From Mobula hypostoma (lineage: Eukaryota), in contig NC_086107.1 in NCBI RefSeq assembly GCF_963921235.1, forward strand, positions 109,928,001 through 109,992,000: a stretch of 64,000 nucleotides of DNA, read 5' to 3'. This document shows, one piece after another, positions 21,615 to 34,749 of this stretch (its first letter is position 1; each line of letters begins with the position of its first letter). The notes under the pieces were generated by a model. It worked only from the letters and a program-made list of their open reading frames with translations, was not told where the DNA came from and made no database searches. The translations under genes were made by a program, and so were the position numbers.

Positions 21615-23310
21615 ACTATTTAAGAAAGGGTGTGCTGGGATTGGAGAGGGTCCCGAGGAGGTTCACGAGAATGGTTCCGGCAATGAAACGGTTAATGTGG
21701 GAGCATTTGGTGCCCGCTGGAGCTAAGAAGAACGAATCATTGAAACCTATTGAATATGGAAAAGGCTTTCGGGGTTCCCAACCTGGGATCTACTGACCCC
21801 TTGGTTCATGGTAGGCATCCATGCTATTAAAAAGTTTGAGAATCCTTGACTTAGATGGAGTGGATGTGCAGAGGAAGTTCCCTTTTGTGGGAGAGTATGG
21901 GACCAGAGAGCACAGCCTCAGAATACAAGGACGTCCTTTTAGAATGGAGGTGATGAGGAATTTCTTTAGCTGGTGGGTGGTGAACCTATGGAACTCACGA
22001 CCACCCTCGGCCGTGGAGGCCAAGTCATTGGGTATATTTAAAGCAGAGGTGGATAGATTCTTGATTAGTCAGGGAGACAAAGGTTATGGGGAGAAGGCAG
22101 ATGAATGGGATAATAAATCAGCCATGATGGAATGGCAGAGCAGACTCGATGGGCCGAATGGCCTGGTCCTGCTCATATGTCTTATGGAAAGGGAACAGAA
22201 CACCCCAGCTGAAGCTTGCGCTCACTGCTAAGGGGAGACCTAATCCACAGTTTGTTGTTATCCCTCTCCGCACTTTGTGGCAACCTTGCCATTTCTTTTA
22301 AAATTTGTCTGCTTTTTTACCAGGGTGGGTCGCTAGCTCGAGGCTCAACCCAGCACAGGTGGAGTGCGAGCAAGGAGCCGGCCAGGTTCGAGTCCGAGAC
22401 CATTTGCCCTGAAGTCTGGTGTGGATGTCACTGCATCATTTCATTGCAGGTGATACGAAATTGGTGGAGGGGGAGGTAGCATTGGGGAAACAAGAAAGGT
22501 TAGGGGAATGGGCAAGAAACTGGCAAATAAAATACAATGTTGGAAAATGCATGGTCATGCACTTTGGTAGAACAAATAAATGTGCAGACTGTTTTTTCAG
22601 TGGGGAGAAAATCCAGAAATCTGAGATGCAAAGGAACTTGGGAGTCCTTGTGCAGAACACCCTAAAGGCTAACTTGCAGGTAGAGTCGGTGGTGGAGAAG
22701 TTAAATACAATGTTAACGTTCATTTCAAGAGGTCTAGAATGTAAGAGCAGGGGTGTGATGCTGAGGCCTCACATGGAGTTTGAGCTCCTTATCTAAGAAA
22801 AGATGTGCCAGCATTGGAGAGGGTTCAGAGGAGGTTCAAGAGGATGATTCCGGGAATGAAAGGGTTATCCTATAAGGAACCTTTGATGGCTCTGGGCCTG
22901 TACTTGCTGGAATTTAGAAGGATGAGGGGGGGATTTCATTGAAACCTTTCAAATGTTGAAAGGCCTGGAGAGAGTAGATGTGGAAAGGATATTTCCCATG
23001 GTGGGGGAGTCTAGGACAACAACTTCAGGGTAGACGGGGTGTCCATTTAAAACAGAGATGAGAAGACATTTCTTTAGCCAGAGGGTGGTGAATTTGGGGA
23101 ATTGGTTACCACAGGCAGTTGTGGAGGCCAGGTTGTTGGGTGTATTTAAGGCAGAGACTGATAGGTTCATGATCGGCCATGGCATCAAAGGTTACGGGGA
23201 GAAGACCGAGTTGTGGGGCTGAGGAGGGGAAAATAGAATCAGCCATGATTAAAGGGTGGAACAGACTCGATGATCGAAATGGCCAAATTCTCCTCCTATG
23301 TCTTATGCTC
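21615..23310 (+). mobile_element. Two CR1 fragments (~21615-22190, ~22440-23310) with a small hAT MITE at ~21770-21848
   Basis: LERVPRRFTRM, WARNWQIKYNVGKC, RNFFS..VVNLWN motifs. Confidence 0.85.
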
Positions 23311-24889
23311 TAGCATCGTGGTAAAGTGAGAGAAAATTTGGTAAGTGCTGGAAACAGGTGCCGAAATATGGAGTAGAGCAAAGTATTTCAGATTGATGTC
23401 CGTTTTTTTCCCCAAATCTGTAGAAAAGTAAGAATTTTCTCTAAGAAAAATGGAGGGAATGCAAATGGGAGATCAAAGAGCCCAGTTTCCGACGGAACGA
23501 AAGGCCGGAATGAGTAAGTGGAAGTGGAACAGGAACAAGCTGTAATAGTGTTGGGCTGACCGCTAGGCTACAGGGCAGCCCATCTGGGTATTTTGATGGT
23601 ACTAGGAGCTTGCAGACGTTGATTAGAGTAGGGCGCCTGGAGACATCTGGGAAGTTCTTGAAAGTGTGGTACTGAGAGTTCAAGATCTGCATGTTTCTGT
23701 CAGGGTCCATGGCAACTGGTCTGCCCGTGACCACAGGAAACTGCAGAGAAGTATCAGCACATCGTGGACATGAGCTTCCCTTCCATGACTTTATCGACAC
23801 TTCTCGCTGCCCCCATGAAGCAGCCAAGTCTCCACCCACCCCGGACATTCCCTCTTCTCCCCATCCCATCAGGCAGAAAATACAAAAGCCTGAAAGTGTG
23901 TACCACCAGGTTCAAGGACAGCTGTTACAAGACTACTATCATAATTTTATTTTTTTTACAGATACAGCGTGGAACGGGGCCTGTCCAGCCCAACAGCCTG
24001 CAGCACCCAGCACCCCACCTATTTAACCCCAGCCTAATCACAGGACAGTTCACAATGACTACTGAACCTACTATCCGTTACGTCTTTGGACTGTGGGAGG
24101 AAACCTGAGCACCCGGAGGAAACCCACATAGTTCACAGGGAAAACGTACAAACTCCTTACACGGTGCCGGAATTGAACTTTGAACGCCGGAACACCCTGA
24201 GCTTGCAATAGCGTCTCGATGACTGCGACACTACCGTGGCGGGTGACATGGATTATTGACCTCACAGCCCTTGTTAAAATCATAAGACACAGGAGCAGAA
24301 TTAGGCCATTTGACCCATCGAGTCTGCTCCACCATTCCATCATGGCTGCTCCTTTTCCTTCTCCTCAGTCTCACTCCCCAGCCTTCTCCCTGTAATCCTT
24401 GATGCTGTGTCCAATCAAGAACCGATCAAGCTCTGCCTTAAATACACCCAATGACCTCTGGTTGCCTGTGGTAACAAATTCCACAAATTCACCATCCTCA
24501 GGCTGAAGATATTTCTCCACATCTTTGTTTTAAATGGATGCCCCTCTATCCTGAGGTTGTGCCCTCTTGTCCTAGACTCCCCCACCACGGGAAACATCCT
24601 TTCTGCATCTACTCTGTCTAGGCCTTTCAACATTTGAAAAGTTTCAATGAGATCTCCCCCCATCCTTCTGAATTCCAGCACATGCACACCTAGAGTTAAA
24701 TGTAGGGATAGTTTCTGTCTCCTTCTATAGGGCGGCATGTTAACCAGAACATCATACAATGGTCTACATTTAAGTACACAAGGAGAGATGTTTTGATTTC
24801 AATCAGAATCAGGTTTATTATCACTGGCATATGTCATGAAATGTGTTAACTTAGCAGCAGTAGTACAATGCAATACATTATAATTATAG

Positions 24890-25180
24890 GCATCCGTTAG
24901 TCTCGTGAGACCATGCATTTGTGCCTTGGAAGGTTTCCGGGGTGCCGGCCTGGGCAAGGTTGTATGGAAGACCAGCAGTTGCCTATGCTGCAAGTCTCCC
25001 CTCTCCACGCCACCAATGTTGTCCAAGGGAAGGGCACTAGGGCCCACACAGCTTGGCACCGGTGTCGTCGCAGAGCAATGTGTGGTTAAGTGCCTTGCTC
25101 AAGGACACAACACGCTGCCTCAGCTGAGGCTCGAACTAGCAACCTTCAGATCACTAGACTGACGCCTTAACCACTTGCCC
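24890..25180 (-). mobile_element. tRNA-headed SINE, second copy of the 2184-2502 family
   Basis: Direct sequence similarity. Confidence 0.85.
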
Positions 25181-26804
25181 AAGGCCTTGCATCCCATCGT
25201 TCAAAGTAAGTTTATTATCAAAGTACATATATGTCAACATATAGAATCCTTCCGGTAAGATGGCGGCACATGTAGACACAGCAGCCTCTAAAATGCTTTT
25301 TTCTTTATTAAATGTGTTTTTTTTATCATAGCTAAACTGGACTTCAATAACAATGGGTACAGCAAGACTACCACATCAGTGAGCAGCTGTTTGATAAGAG
25401 TAGCTGGCCGGGGTGTCATAGGAGGTGGCTGGCGGTTCAGATAAGGGGAGGCCTTGGGAGGAGAGTCAGGCCGCTGGGCCATGATGAGAAAGTCAGGTCA
25501 CCAGGCCGTGATGGGAGAGTCGAGCTGCCGGGCTGCAGGGCCGTAGGGCCGTGGGAGGAGAGTTGGGCTGTTGTACCACAGGAGGAGCCAGATTGCGTTC
25601 GGAGGAGCTAACCCAGCTGCATGCCGTGCTACTGCCTGCACTCAGAGGCACCGGAGTTGGTGCAAGAAACCGTGAGTGATTGTCTTGGACGTTTCTTTAG
25701 TGATCGCAAGACCCTGTTGGGCATTGATTGCTGCAGACTTGTTTCCCTTGTTTGGTAGTGAGGCAGGAGGCAAGGCAGCAGTGTCATCTCTGTTGTAGCA
25801 AGGACTAGGCCTCAAGCCGCAGGCTTGCCTGCTGCTGCAGTCCAGGTGGGGAGGAGATGCTGGAGGCACCGTGTGCTCATTTGGGGGTAGCTTCTCTTGT
25901 CAGTGCTGCCCTCTAATGTTGGATTAGTGGAATTACAGGCTGGACTGCTGGGCAGCATCAATTTGGGTCTTGGACTAAAATTCTTTTATTTTCTCCCACA
26001 TCCTGTTAAATGCACGTGTGCATTTTTGCACCCCGGCCCCAGAGGAACACTGTTTCATTCAGCTGTACGGTTTGAATCATAATTAAACTTGATTTGATTT
26101 GATTTGAGATTCATTTTCTTGCGGGCAAACTGAATAAATCCAATAACCATAACAGAATCAATGAAAGACTGCACCATCAGGGCGCACAACCAGTGTGCAA
26201 AAGACAACAAACTGCAAATACAAAAAAAAAGGGAAAAAATGACATAATAATCATCATAATCATAGCTGAAAAATACTTTAATAATTAAATGATAATAAAT
26301 GAATAGATAAGCGATAAATACTGAGACCATGAGATGAAAAATCCTTGAGAATGTGTCCAGAGGTTGTGGGAACAGTTCAATGATGGGGCAAGTGAAGTTA
26401 TCCCCTCTGGTTCAAGAGCTGCCTGCACTGCACTTTCTTTTTAATTGTAACACTTTATTCTGTTATTGTTTTTCTCCTCTAACTGGACGCTCTGTTGAAA
26501 TGATCTATATAACCATACAACAATTACAGCACGGAAACAGGCCATCTTGGCCCTTCTAGTCCATGCCAAACTCTTACTCTCACCTAGTCCCACCAACCTG
26601 CACTCAGCCCACAACCCTCCATTCCTTTCCTGTCCATATGGCTATCCAATTTAACTTTAAACGACAACATCGAACCTGCCTCAACCACTTCTGCTGGAAG
26701 CTCGTTCCACACAGCTACCACTCTCTGAGTAAAGAAGTTCCCCCTCATGTTACCCTTAAACTTTTGCCCTTTCACTTTTGTCCATGCCAACCAACATGTC
26801 TATT

Positions 26805-27895
26805 TGAGCACTTTATTAGGTACAGGAGTGGAGCCTGGTGTAGCCTTCTGCCCACTGTAGCCCATCCTCTTCAAGGTTCAATGTGTTGTGCATTCAGAGA
26901 TGCTCTTCTGCACATCACTGTTGTAATGTGTGGTTATTTGAGTTACTGTCACCTTCCACCAGTCCAGCCATTCTCCTCTGACCTCTCTCACTAATAAGGC
27001 GTTTTTGCCCACTGAACTGCCGCTCACTGGTTCTCCCGATGCGGCCTCCTCTATACTGGCGGTACCCGTCGTAAATTTGGGAACCGCTTCGTCGAGCACC
27101 TCCGCACCATCTGCCAGAAGCAGGGCTTCATGGTAGCCAAATATTTTAAATCCCGTTCCCTTTTCCATTCTGATGTGTCAGTCCATGTTGTCCACCCTCA
27201 GGGTGGAGGAGCAACACCTTATATTCCATCTGGGTACTCTCCAACCTGATGGCATGAATATCGATTTCTCCTCCTGGTAAACACATTTCCCCTACCCACC
27301 TTCTCTTCTTCTCACCTGCTTGTCACTTCCCCCTGAGTCCCCTCCTCCTTCCCTTTCCCCTGTGGTCCACTCTCCTCTCCTAGCAGATTCCTTCTTCTTC
27401 AGCCCTTGACCTTTCCCACCCGCCAGGTTTCTCCTATCACCTTCCAGCTAGCCTCATTCCCCTCCCCCAACCTTTGTATTCTGGCATCTCCCCACCTCCT
27501 TCTCAGTCCTGAAGAAGGGTCTCAGCCCGAAACGTCGACTGTTTATTCGTTTCCATAGATGCTGCCTGACCTGCTGAGTTCCTCCAGCATTTTGTGTGTG
27601 GTGCACCAGATGTTTTTTTTCCCACATCATTTTCTGTAAACTCTAGAGACTGTTGTGGGTGAAAATCCTGGGAGATCAGCAATTACTCAAACCGCCCCGT
27701 CTGGCACCAACAATCATTCCACAAAGCCACTTAGGTCACATTTCTTCCCCATTCTGATGTGTGGTCTGAACAAAAACTGAAGCTCTTGACCATGTCTGCA
27801 TGCTTTTATGCATCAAATTGCTGCCAGCTGATTGGTTGATTAGATATTTGCATTAATGAGCAGGTGTACAGGTGTACCTAATAAAGTGGCCATTG
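26805..27895 (-). mobile_element. Tc1-like element interrupted by a plus-strand Penelope fragment (~27030-27600)
   Basis: Both halves are colinear with 31500-32031. Confidence 0.8.
27504..27541 (+). ncRNA. Minimal type I hammerhead ribozyme at the 3' end of a Penelope-like element
   Basis: CAGUC-CUGAAGA-A-GGGU(CUCA)GCCC-GAAA-CGUC-GACUG; all core positions present. Confidence 0.75.
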
Positions 27896-27949
27896 ATGTA
27901 CTAAATTCTGCTACTGTGCAAGTTATTGTCTGCTCTATCAAGTGCCAAG

Positions 27950-29850
27950 TCAAGTTTATTGTCATTTAACTATATACATGTATATAATGTATATAACCAT
28001 ATAATCTATATAGAAATGAGACAGCACTTCTCTGAACCAGGCTGTAAAGCACAGTAGTACACATAGCACATGATAACTTATGAAGGTAAGGATAAAATCT
28101 ACAGATGAATCACACATAAATAACAAACTAAAGAGCATTAATTTTAAATATTCTAAAGTACAGAATAGATTAACCAGTGGCACTTCGAATACGATGCGAC
28201 AGGGAGTTCAGAAGCCTAATGGCCTGAGGGAAGAAACTGTTTCTCATCCTGACTGTTCTTGTCTTTATGCATCAGTCTCCTGCCTGATGGTAGAAAGTCA
28301 AAGAGGATGCTGGATGGATGGGTTGGGTCCTTAATAACACTAAGGTCCCTGTGTATGCAGCGCTCCTGATAAATGTCCCCGATGGATGGTAGGGAGACCC
28401 CTATGATCCTCTCAGCTGTTCTCACAGTCCTTTGTAGGGACTCATGGTCTGATGCTCGACTGCTACCATACGCTTAACTGTCTCTACAGAGGAGCCATGT
28501 ATTCACGGAACACACATAAAAGTTGCTGGTGAACACAGCAGGCCAGGAGACGTAACTTGTCAGCACTCTCTCAATGGTGCTCCTATGAAATGTAGTTAAA
28601 AGGGGGGATGGGGGAACCTCAATCTTCTCAGGAAGTGGAGGCCCTGTTGTGCCTTCTTCTTCAGGGAGGTGATACTAAGGGACCAGGTGAGGTCATAGAC
28701 GATGTGAAATCCCAGGAACTTGGTGCACTTAACTGTCTCTACAGAGGAGCCATGTATTCACGGAACACACATAAAAGTTGCTGGTGAACACAGCAGGCCA
28801 GGCAGCATCTCTAGGAAGAGGTACAGTCGGCGTTTCGGGCCGAGACCCTTCGTCAGGACTAACTGAAAGAAGAGCTAGTAAGAGATTTGAAAGTGGGAGG
28901 GGGAGATCCAAAATGATAGGAGAAGACAGGAGGGGGAGGGATGGAGCCAAGAGCTGGACGGTTGATTGGCAAAAGGGATATGAGAGGATCATGGGACAGG
29001 AGGCCTAGGGAGAAAGAAAGGGGGAGGGGGGAAAATCAGAGGATGGGCAAGGGGTATAGTCAGAGGGACAGAGGGAGAAAGAGGAGAGAGAGAGAAAGAA
29101 TGTGTGTATAAAAATAAATAATGGATGGGGTACGAGGGGGAGGTGGAGCATTAGCAGAAGTTTGAGAAGTCAATGTTCATGCCATCAGGTTGGAGGCTAC
29201 TTTGTCTGCACCTTCCTGAAGTCCACAATGATTTCCCTTGCTTCTCCACATTCAGGCCTACATTGTTGGTCTCACACCAATCTACCAGCTGTTCCACTTC
29301 CTCTCTATACTCCATCTCATCATCATTTTCGATAAGGCCAACCACTGTTGAGTTATCCGCAAACTTGATGACACGGTTTGAGCTGGATCCTGTGACACAG
29401 TCATGCGTCGGCAGTGTGAACTGCAGTGGGCTGAGCTCACAGCCCTGGGGAGCGCCAGTGCCCGGCGTAATGGGATGTGAGACATCGCTGCCCACACAGG
29501 CAGATTGTGGCCTTACTGTTAAAAAGTCTGGTATCCAATTGCAGAGGGAGGTGTTGAGATCCAGTTGGGCATTTTCCCCACCAGTTTCTGGAGTATCACG
29601 GAGTTGAAGGCCTGTAAACAGTAGTCTGGTGTATGAGACCCCATTTCCCGGGTGGGACAGGACAGAGGCCATTGCATCATCAGTGGATCATCAAACTGGA
29701 AAAGGTCCAATGTAGTCAGAAGAAAGGCATTTAATGTGCTCGATGACCAGCCGCTCAAAGCATTGGTTGATGTTAATGCCACCGGACAATAGTCATTTAG
29801 GAAGGTTACTGTCACCTTCTTTGGCACCAGGATGATGGTTGCTGCCTTGG
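27950..29850 (-). mobile_element. Rex/Babar-like LINE fragment interrupted by a Penelope fragment (~28763-29200)
   Basis: GAPQGCELSPLQF and IKFADNSTVVGLI RT motifs; LNDYCPVALTS. Confidence 0.85.
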
Positions 29851-30221
29851 GCCCAGGCTCCTGGGGTTCTTTCTGTATGTGCTGTTAAATGTTTCTAAGT
29901 ATTTACAGGCCCTACAGTGCCTCCTGCTTTACATCCTCCTACTTTTTTTCTAGCAGCTCAGCAGTGGTGACAGACGAACTCATGACTGTGTCTTTGAGAT
30001 CACTAGTGCTTGAGAAGCCATTGGCAGCCGCAGGAAGAGGAATGTCTGGCTTGTGCCTGTGGTGGAGCTGGCCAAGTCAAGCTGTCTGATCTCCAATCTG
30101 GCTCTTTGCAACTTGACTGTGTTGCACATGTTCCTGTGTTACACTCGTGACTCTTCAGGAAATAGTTTCTTACAAAGGTCTTTAGAAACATTTGGAGTTT
30201 GGAAAATATCCCTCAGAATTG

Positions 30222-30422
30222 CCTGTCACTCCCTCCCTGTCTTTCTCTTGCTCACTTTGTCTATGTTTCTCTCCTCCTGTCTCTATCCCTTTCTCTGTCT
30301 CTGGATTTCTGTCCCTCCCCCTCTCTTTGTCTATGTCTCTCTCTATCTCCCCCACCCCACCACTGTCTCTGGATTTCTTCCTGACTGTCTCTTTCCTCCC
30401 TTCACCCCCACTCTTTTCTTCT
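30222..30422. repeat. CT-rich low-complexity polypyrimidine tract
   Basis: About 200 nt of degenerate (ct)n/(ctgt)n. Confidence 0.85.
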
Positions 30423-31499
30423 GAGGTGGTCCTGCCCTTTGGACGTTGGCCTGGCTGTGTTTCGTTTCGAGGCAAGCCGCCCCTGCCGGGCCTTGATGAG
30501 GTCACACCGCCAGTGTGAAGCCATTGTTTCATTGTCTGTCGTTGTCAGGGTTATCAATTGTCGCCATTTTGTTTATGTGGCCTTTGTGGTTGACCGCAGT
30601 TAGTCTCCACCAGGACACCCTTCTGCTCCAGTAAAAGAGGGAGGGTGTGAGGTGAAACCAGACCTTCCTCCTCCCGTGGTTGTCAGCAGCTTTATAAGCA
30701 CAGGGGAGTACTTCGCTGACGCTGTCCTCCCAGGGAAGCCGAAGAATCGAATCTGGATCCTGGGCCCACACAGCCTGAAGGCAAAGAGGACCTGTGAGAA
30801 CCACTGTTAGTGGACAATGCAGAGGACGGCAACCCGCCATTAGCGGAGTTGCAGGCGCCTCCGTCGGGCGCTGTGTTCCCCTGATGGAGACCCAGAGGCA
30901 GTCTTGGAAAGTTAGTGGAACAGAGTAAACCTCGCGTCCCTCTCGGATGCAGAGGGCGAGGAGATTACCACCACCTCTCCATGCCAGCGGGGGGTGGGGG
31001 GGGAGAATGCATCAAGGAGTTGCCGCCACCTTACGCAGGAGGCTGCCCTCGCTGGAATTCCCTCCACCGAGGTCCCTCTGTGAACAGAAATCAGGCTTTC
31101 CCATCAATCGAGGGAGGGAACAGCCTCCAAGAGAATCCTTGGCATTCTTTCAACGTAGCTCAAGTACAGGTGAAAACCTGGAAGGCAGGCTTCCAGAAGA
31201 TGCTGCGCCTTGGCTGATGGAAGAACCAATAGGTTTCTGAGATTTGAAGCTTTGCTGAGATGCCCGACTAAATAAATTTGTTCTAAATAATTCCTTATTA
31301 ATGTATCACCGTCCTACATAATTTCAATATAAATTAGCATCTGTAAAATAATTGCCCTTTCGGCAAAGGAATGAACTTATAGTGTTATTTTTTTCAGTGT
31401 CATTTACAGAGATACAATAAAAACCTTCTGCTTTCCACGCAGATCATTCCACCCATAAGTACATCAAAGCAGTAAAAAGGCAGCAAAATGCAGAATATA

Positions 31500-32031
31500 C
31501 ACTCAGTGGCCACATTATTAGGTACAGGAGTGGAGCCCAGCGTGCTCTCCTGCTGCCGTAGCCCATCCACTTCAAGGTTCAACAAGTTGTGCATTCAGAG
31601 ATGCTCTTCCGCACACCACTGTTGTAACGCATAGTTATTTGAGTTACTGTCACCTTAAGCCAGTCTGGCCATTCTCCTCTGACCTCTCTCTTTAACAAGG
31701 CATTGATGAACAGAACTGCCGGCTCACTGGATGGTTTTTGTTTTTTTTTGCACCATTCTCTGTAAACTCTAGAGACCGTTATGTAGGAAAATCCCACCCC
31801 CAGGAGGTCAGCAGTTTCTGACCATCCCCTCTGGCTCCAATAATCATTGCACGGCCAAAGTCACTTGGATCACATTTCTTCCCCCATTCTGATGTTCGGT
31901 CTGAACAACCGAATCTCCTGACCATGTCTGCATGCTTTTATGCATCGAGTTGCTGCCAGATGATTGGCGGGTTAGATGGTTGCATTAATGAGCAGGTGTA
32001 CCGGTGTCCCTAATAAAGTGGCCACTGAGTG
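31500..32031 (-). mobile_element. Tc1-like non-autonomous element with both TIRs
   Basis: cactcagtggccacattattagg ... cctaataaagtggccactgagtg; left TA at 31498-31499; GFS.ITVSRVYREW transposase remnant. Confidence 0.88.
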
Positions 32032-34749
32032 ACAAAGGTCCACGTCGGGGTAGACTGGGAGATCCAATTTCATCTTTTAGCGTACGAGACGGTTATCCAA
32101 GAGTCTGGCAACAGTGGGACGGGAGCTGTCCTTGCGTCTTGTGACATGTGCGCTTAACCATTTATAATTCACTGCCTGACAGGAGTGGGGAGAAGAGATA
32201 TGAACTGTGATGGGAGGGGTTCTTGATTATGTTGGCCACTCCCCTGGGGCAAAGGGGAGAGCAGAGACAATGCGGGGGTGGGGGTGGGGGGACGCTGATT
32301 TGCGGGAAGGTCTGAGGTTGTGTTCACAACTCTGCGGTGCCTTGCAGTCCGGCGCAGGGTAGTTGCTAGGTGTGCAGGGAATGGTGGCAAATTAGATCAG
32401 TAGTTCTAAACTATAATCTATGTCGAGATCAAGAGACCGTAACGTACCTTATAGTGAATTTGGCACTATTCTTCAGCAGAGAATTCAGTGGGTCAGAAAG
32501 CATCCGAGGGAAGTGGACAATGCATGCTTCATTTTCCTCTGCAGATGCTGCCTGGGTCACCGAGTTCCTCCAGCAGCCTTTTCTTTGCTCCAGTTCCAAC
32601 ACCTTCACTCTACATACTAATTTCTTTATTCTGTCTGTCCATCTATTTGGTGTCCAGGGAGGGGCAGGACTCGTGTTCTGGGCACAATTAACGAGTACCA
32701 GTAACTGACCTCTTATCAGCATCGTCACAGGACTGCAGAGGCACAGGAGGGAAGTGAAATATTTCTACAAACACTAGCAGCCAAAAACAATGACGAAGGG
32801 CCGACCAGCACATTTGAGGCGACATACATAAGCAGTTGCAATCTTTCCCGGTAGTAGCGATCAAATTTCCAAATGATCTTGGCGGAGACATGGTAAATGC
32901 CTGGCATATCTCTTAGACATAGGTCACTGCGATAGCGGTTAACGCGACGCTATTACAGCTCGGGGTTCAGTTCCGGCGCTGTCTGTAAGGAGCTTGTACT
33001 GTACATATGTGTGGGTTTCTTCCCACAGTCCAAAAACCTATTTGGTCATTGTAAATTGTCCTCTGATTAGGCTCGGGTTAAATCTGAGCGGCACGGCCTG
33101 CTCCGAGCTGAATAAATATCTATTGTGAAAAGTACAGTAAGTGCTGAAGGAGGGGCCAATCAAACAAGCTGTCACAAGCAACACACTCAAAATGCTGGAG
33201 GAACTCAGCAGGTCAGGCAGCATCTATAGAAAAAAAAGTGCAGTCGACATTCCTCCAGCATTTTGAGTTTTAGTTGATTTGGCATGTCACCAAAGACACC
33301 CGCAAATTTCTACAGATGAACCGTGGAAAGCATTCTGACTGCACTACACAGGATGGTAGTAAGCTGCAGAAAGTTGTAAACTCCATCATGGTTACTAGCC
33401 TCCTCAGCATCCAGAACATCTTCAAGGGGCAATGTTCCAAAAAGGCAACATCCCCCATCACCCAGGACATGCCCTCTTCTCATTACTACCATCAGGGACG
33501 TGGTACAGGATCCTGAAGACACACAGACAACGATTCAGGAACAGCTTCTTCCCCTCTGCCACCAGATTTTTGAATGGAGTTGATCCCATGAACACTTCCA
33601 CCCATCCCCCTATCTGCACTACATCTACTTACTGTTTCGTTTTTATTATTGTATTGCCGTTTACTGCTGCCACAAAACAACAAATTTCACCACGTATACT
33701 GGTAATATTAAACCCGACTCTGAGATGCTGGAGGAAGTCCGCAGGGGCCTCTTGGAAGATCCTCGGCCTAAAAAGTCAATTTTATTGCTTTCCATAGATG
33801 CTGCCTGACCTGCTGAGTTCTTCCAGCATTCGTGCGTGTTGCTTGGATTTCCATCATCTGCAAGAATCTCTTGCATTTGTGATCTTACTGGCAGTTCTGC
33901 AGTGCGCAATTAAATGATTGGTTCACCCATCCAAACTCTGATCACCTTGGTGAATTAAGTGTTGCATTGATACTTTATTGTTGCTGATGCAACTCTTACT
34001 GGAGTTAGGAATCCACTGTCCCCTACTTCCAGAACCAAAACAGGCCCAAAGTTTCTTTCCCCCCTTCTTACAGTGAACAGCTTGCCCAGCTCAGTTGTAC
34101 CAATTCCTCTTATGAACGAATTTCACTGTGCCACACTGGAGTAACAGTTAGCTCGACGTTATTACAGTTGAGGGCAGAGCTGGTTTCCTCTGTAATAAAG
34201 TTTTTTACGTTTTTCCCGTGCTCTTGTTTCCTCAACAGTCCAAAGACATACCAGTTAATAGGTTAATTGGTCATTTAAAATTGTCCTGTGATTAGGCCAG
34301 GGTTAAATCAGTGAGTTGCTGGGTGGCCTGTTCCACGTTGTAACTTCTAAGTAAAATAAAGTTGATTCTGAACCAAACACCTGAAATTCTGTGACATTCA
34401 ATTCTCTTTACAAAGGAAACTAGGGCAACATTTCATGAAGATCCTTACTAACAAACAGCACGTTTATACTGACAGAAGACAAAAAGTTGGCTGAGAAGAC
34501 AGCAAGTTGGCTTTAATAAAGAAAAATTATTGGATGATCTTAATGGTTACAGCTACAAAAATATTCTACCACTGCTAATTTTAAAATTGGGTTGGACAAA
34601 TTAGGAATGTAACACACTCTTGAAATTCTTAGACCATGTGTTAAATCCATTAGTCTTAACATAAGCCCAGCACCTCAGCAGAATTTAAACATTTGCTGTT
34701 GTGTGAGGTAGTTGTGTTATTTGCACAAGTGATTTAGAAAAAGACCAGG

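Noticed and set aside
30717..31217. Selenoprotein or read-through frame with repeated in-frame TGA
   Set aside because: No recognisable SECIS or selenoprotein motif; three TGAs in one frame is compatible with chance.
32370..32900. Exon-like segments between the two genes
   Set aside because: Splice-like sites exist but frames are short or contain stops, and no family was recognised.
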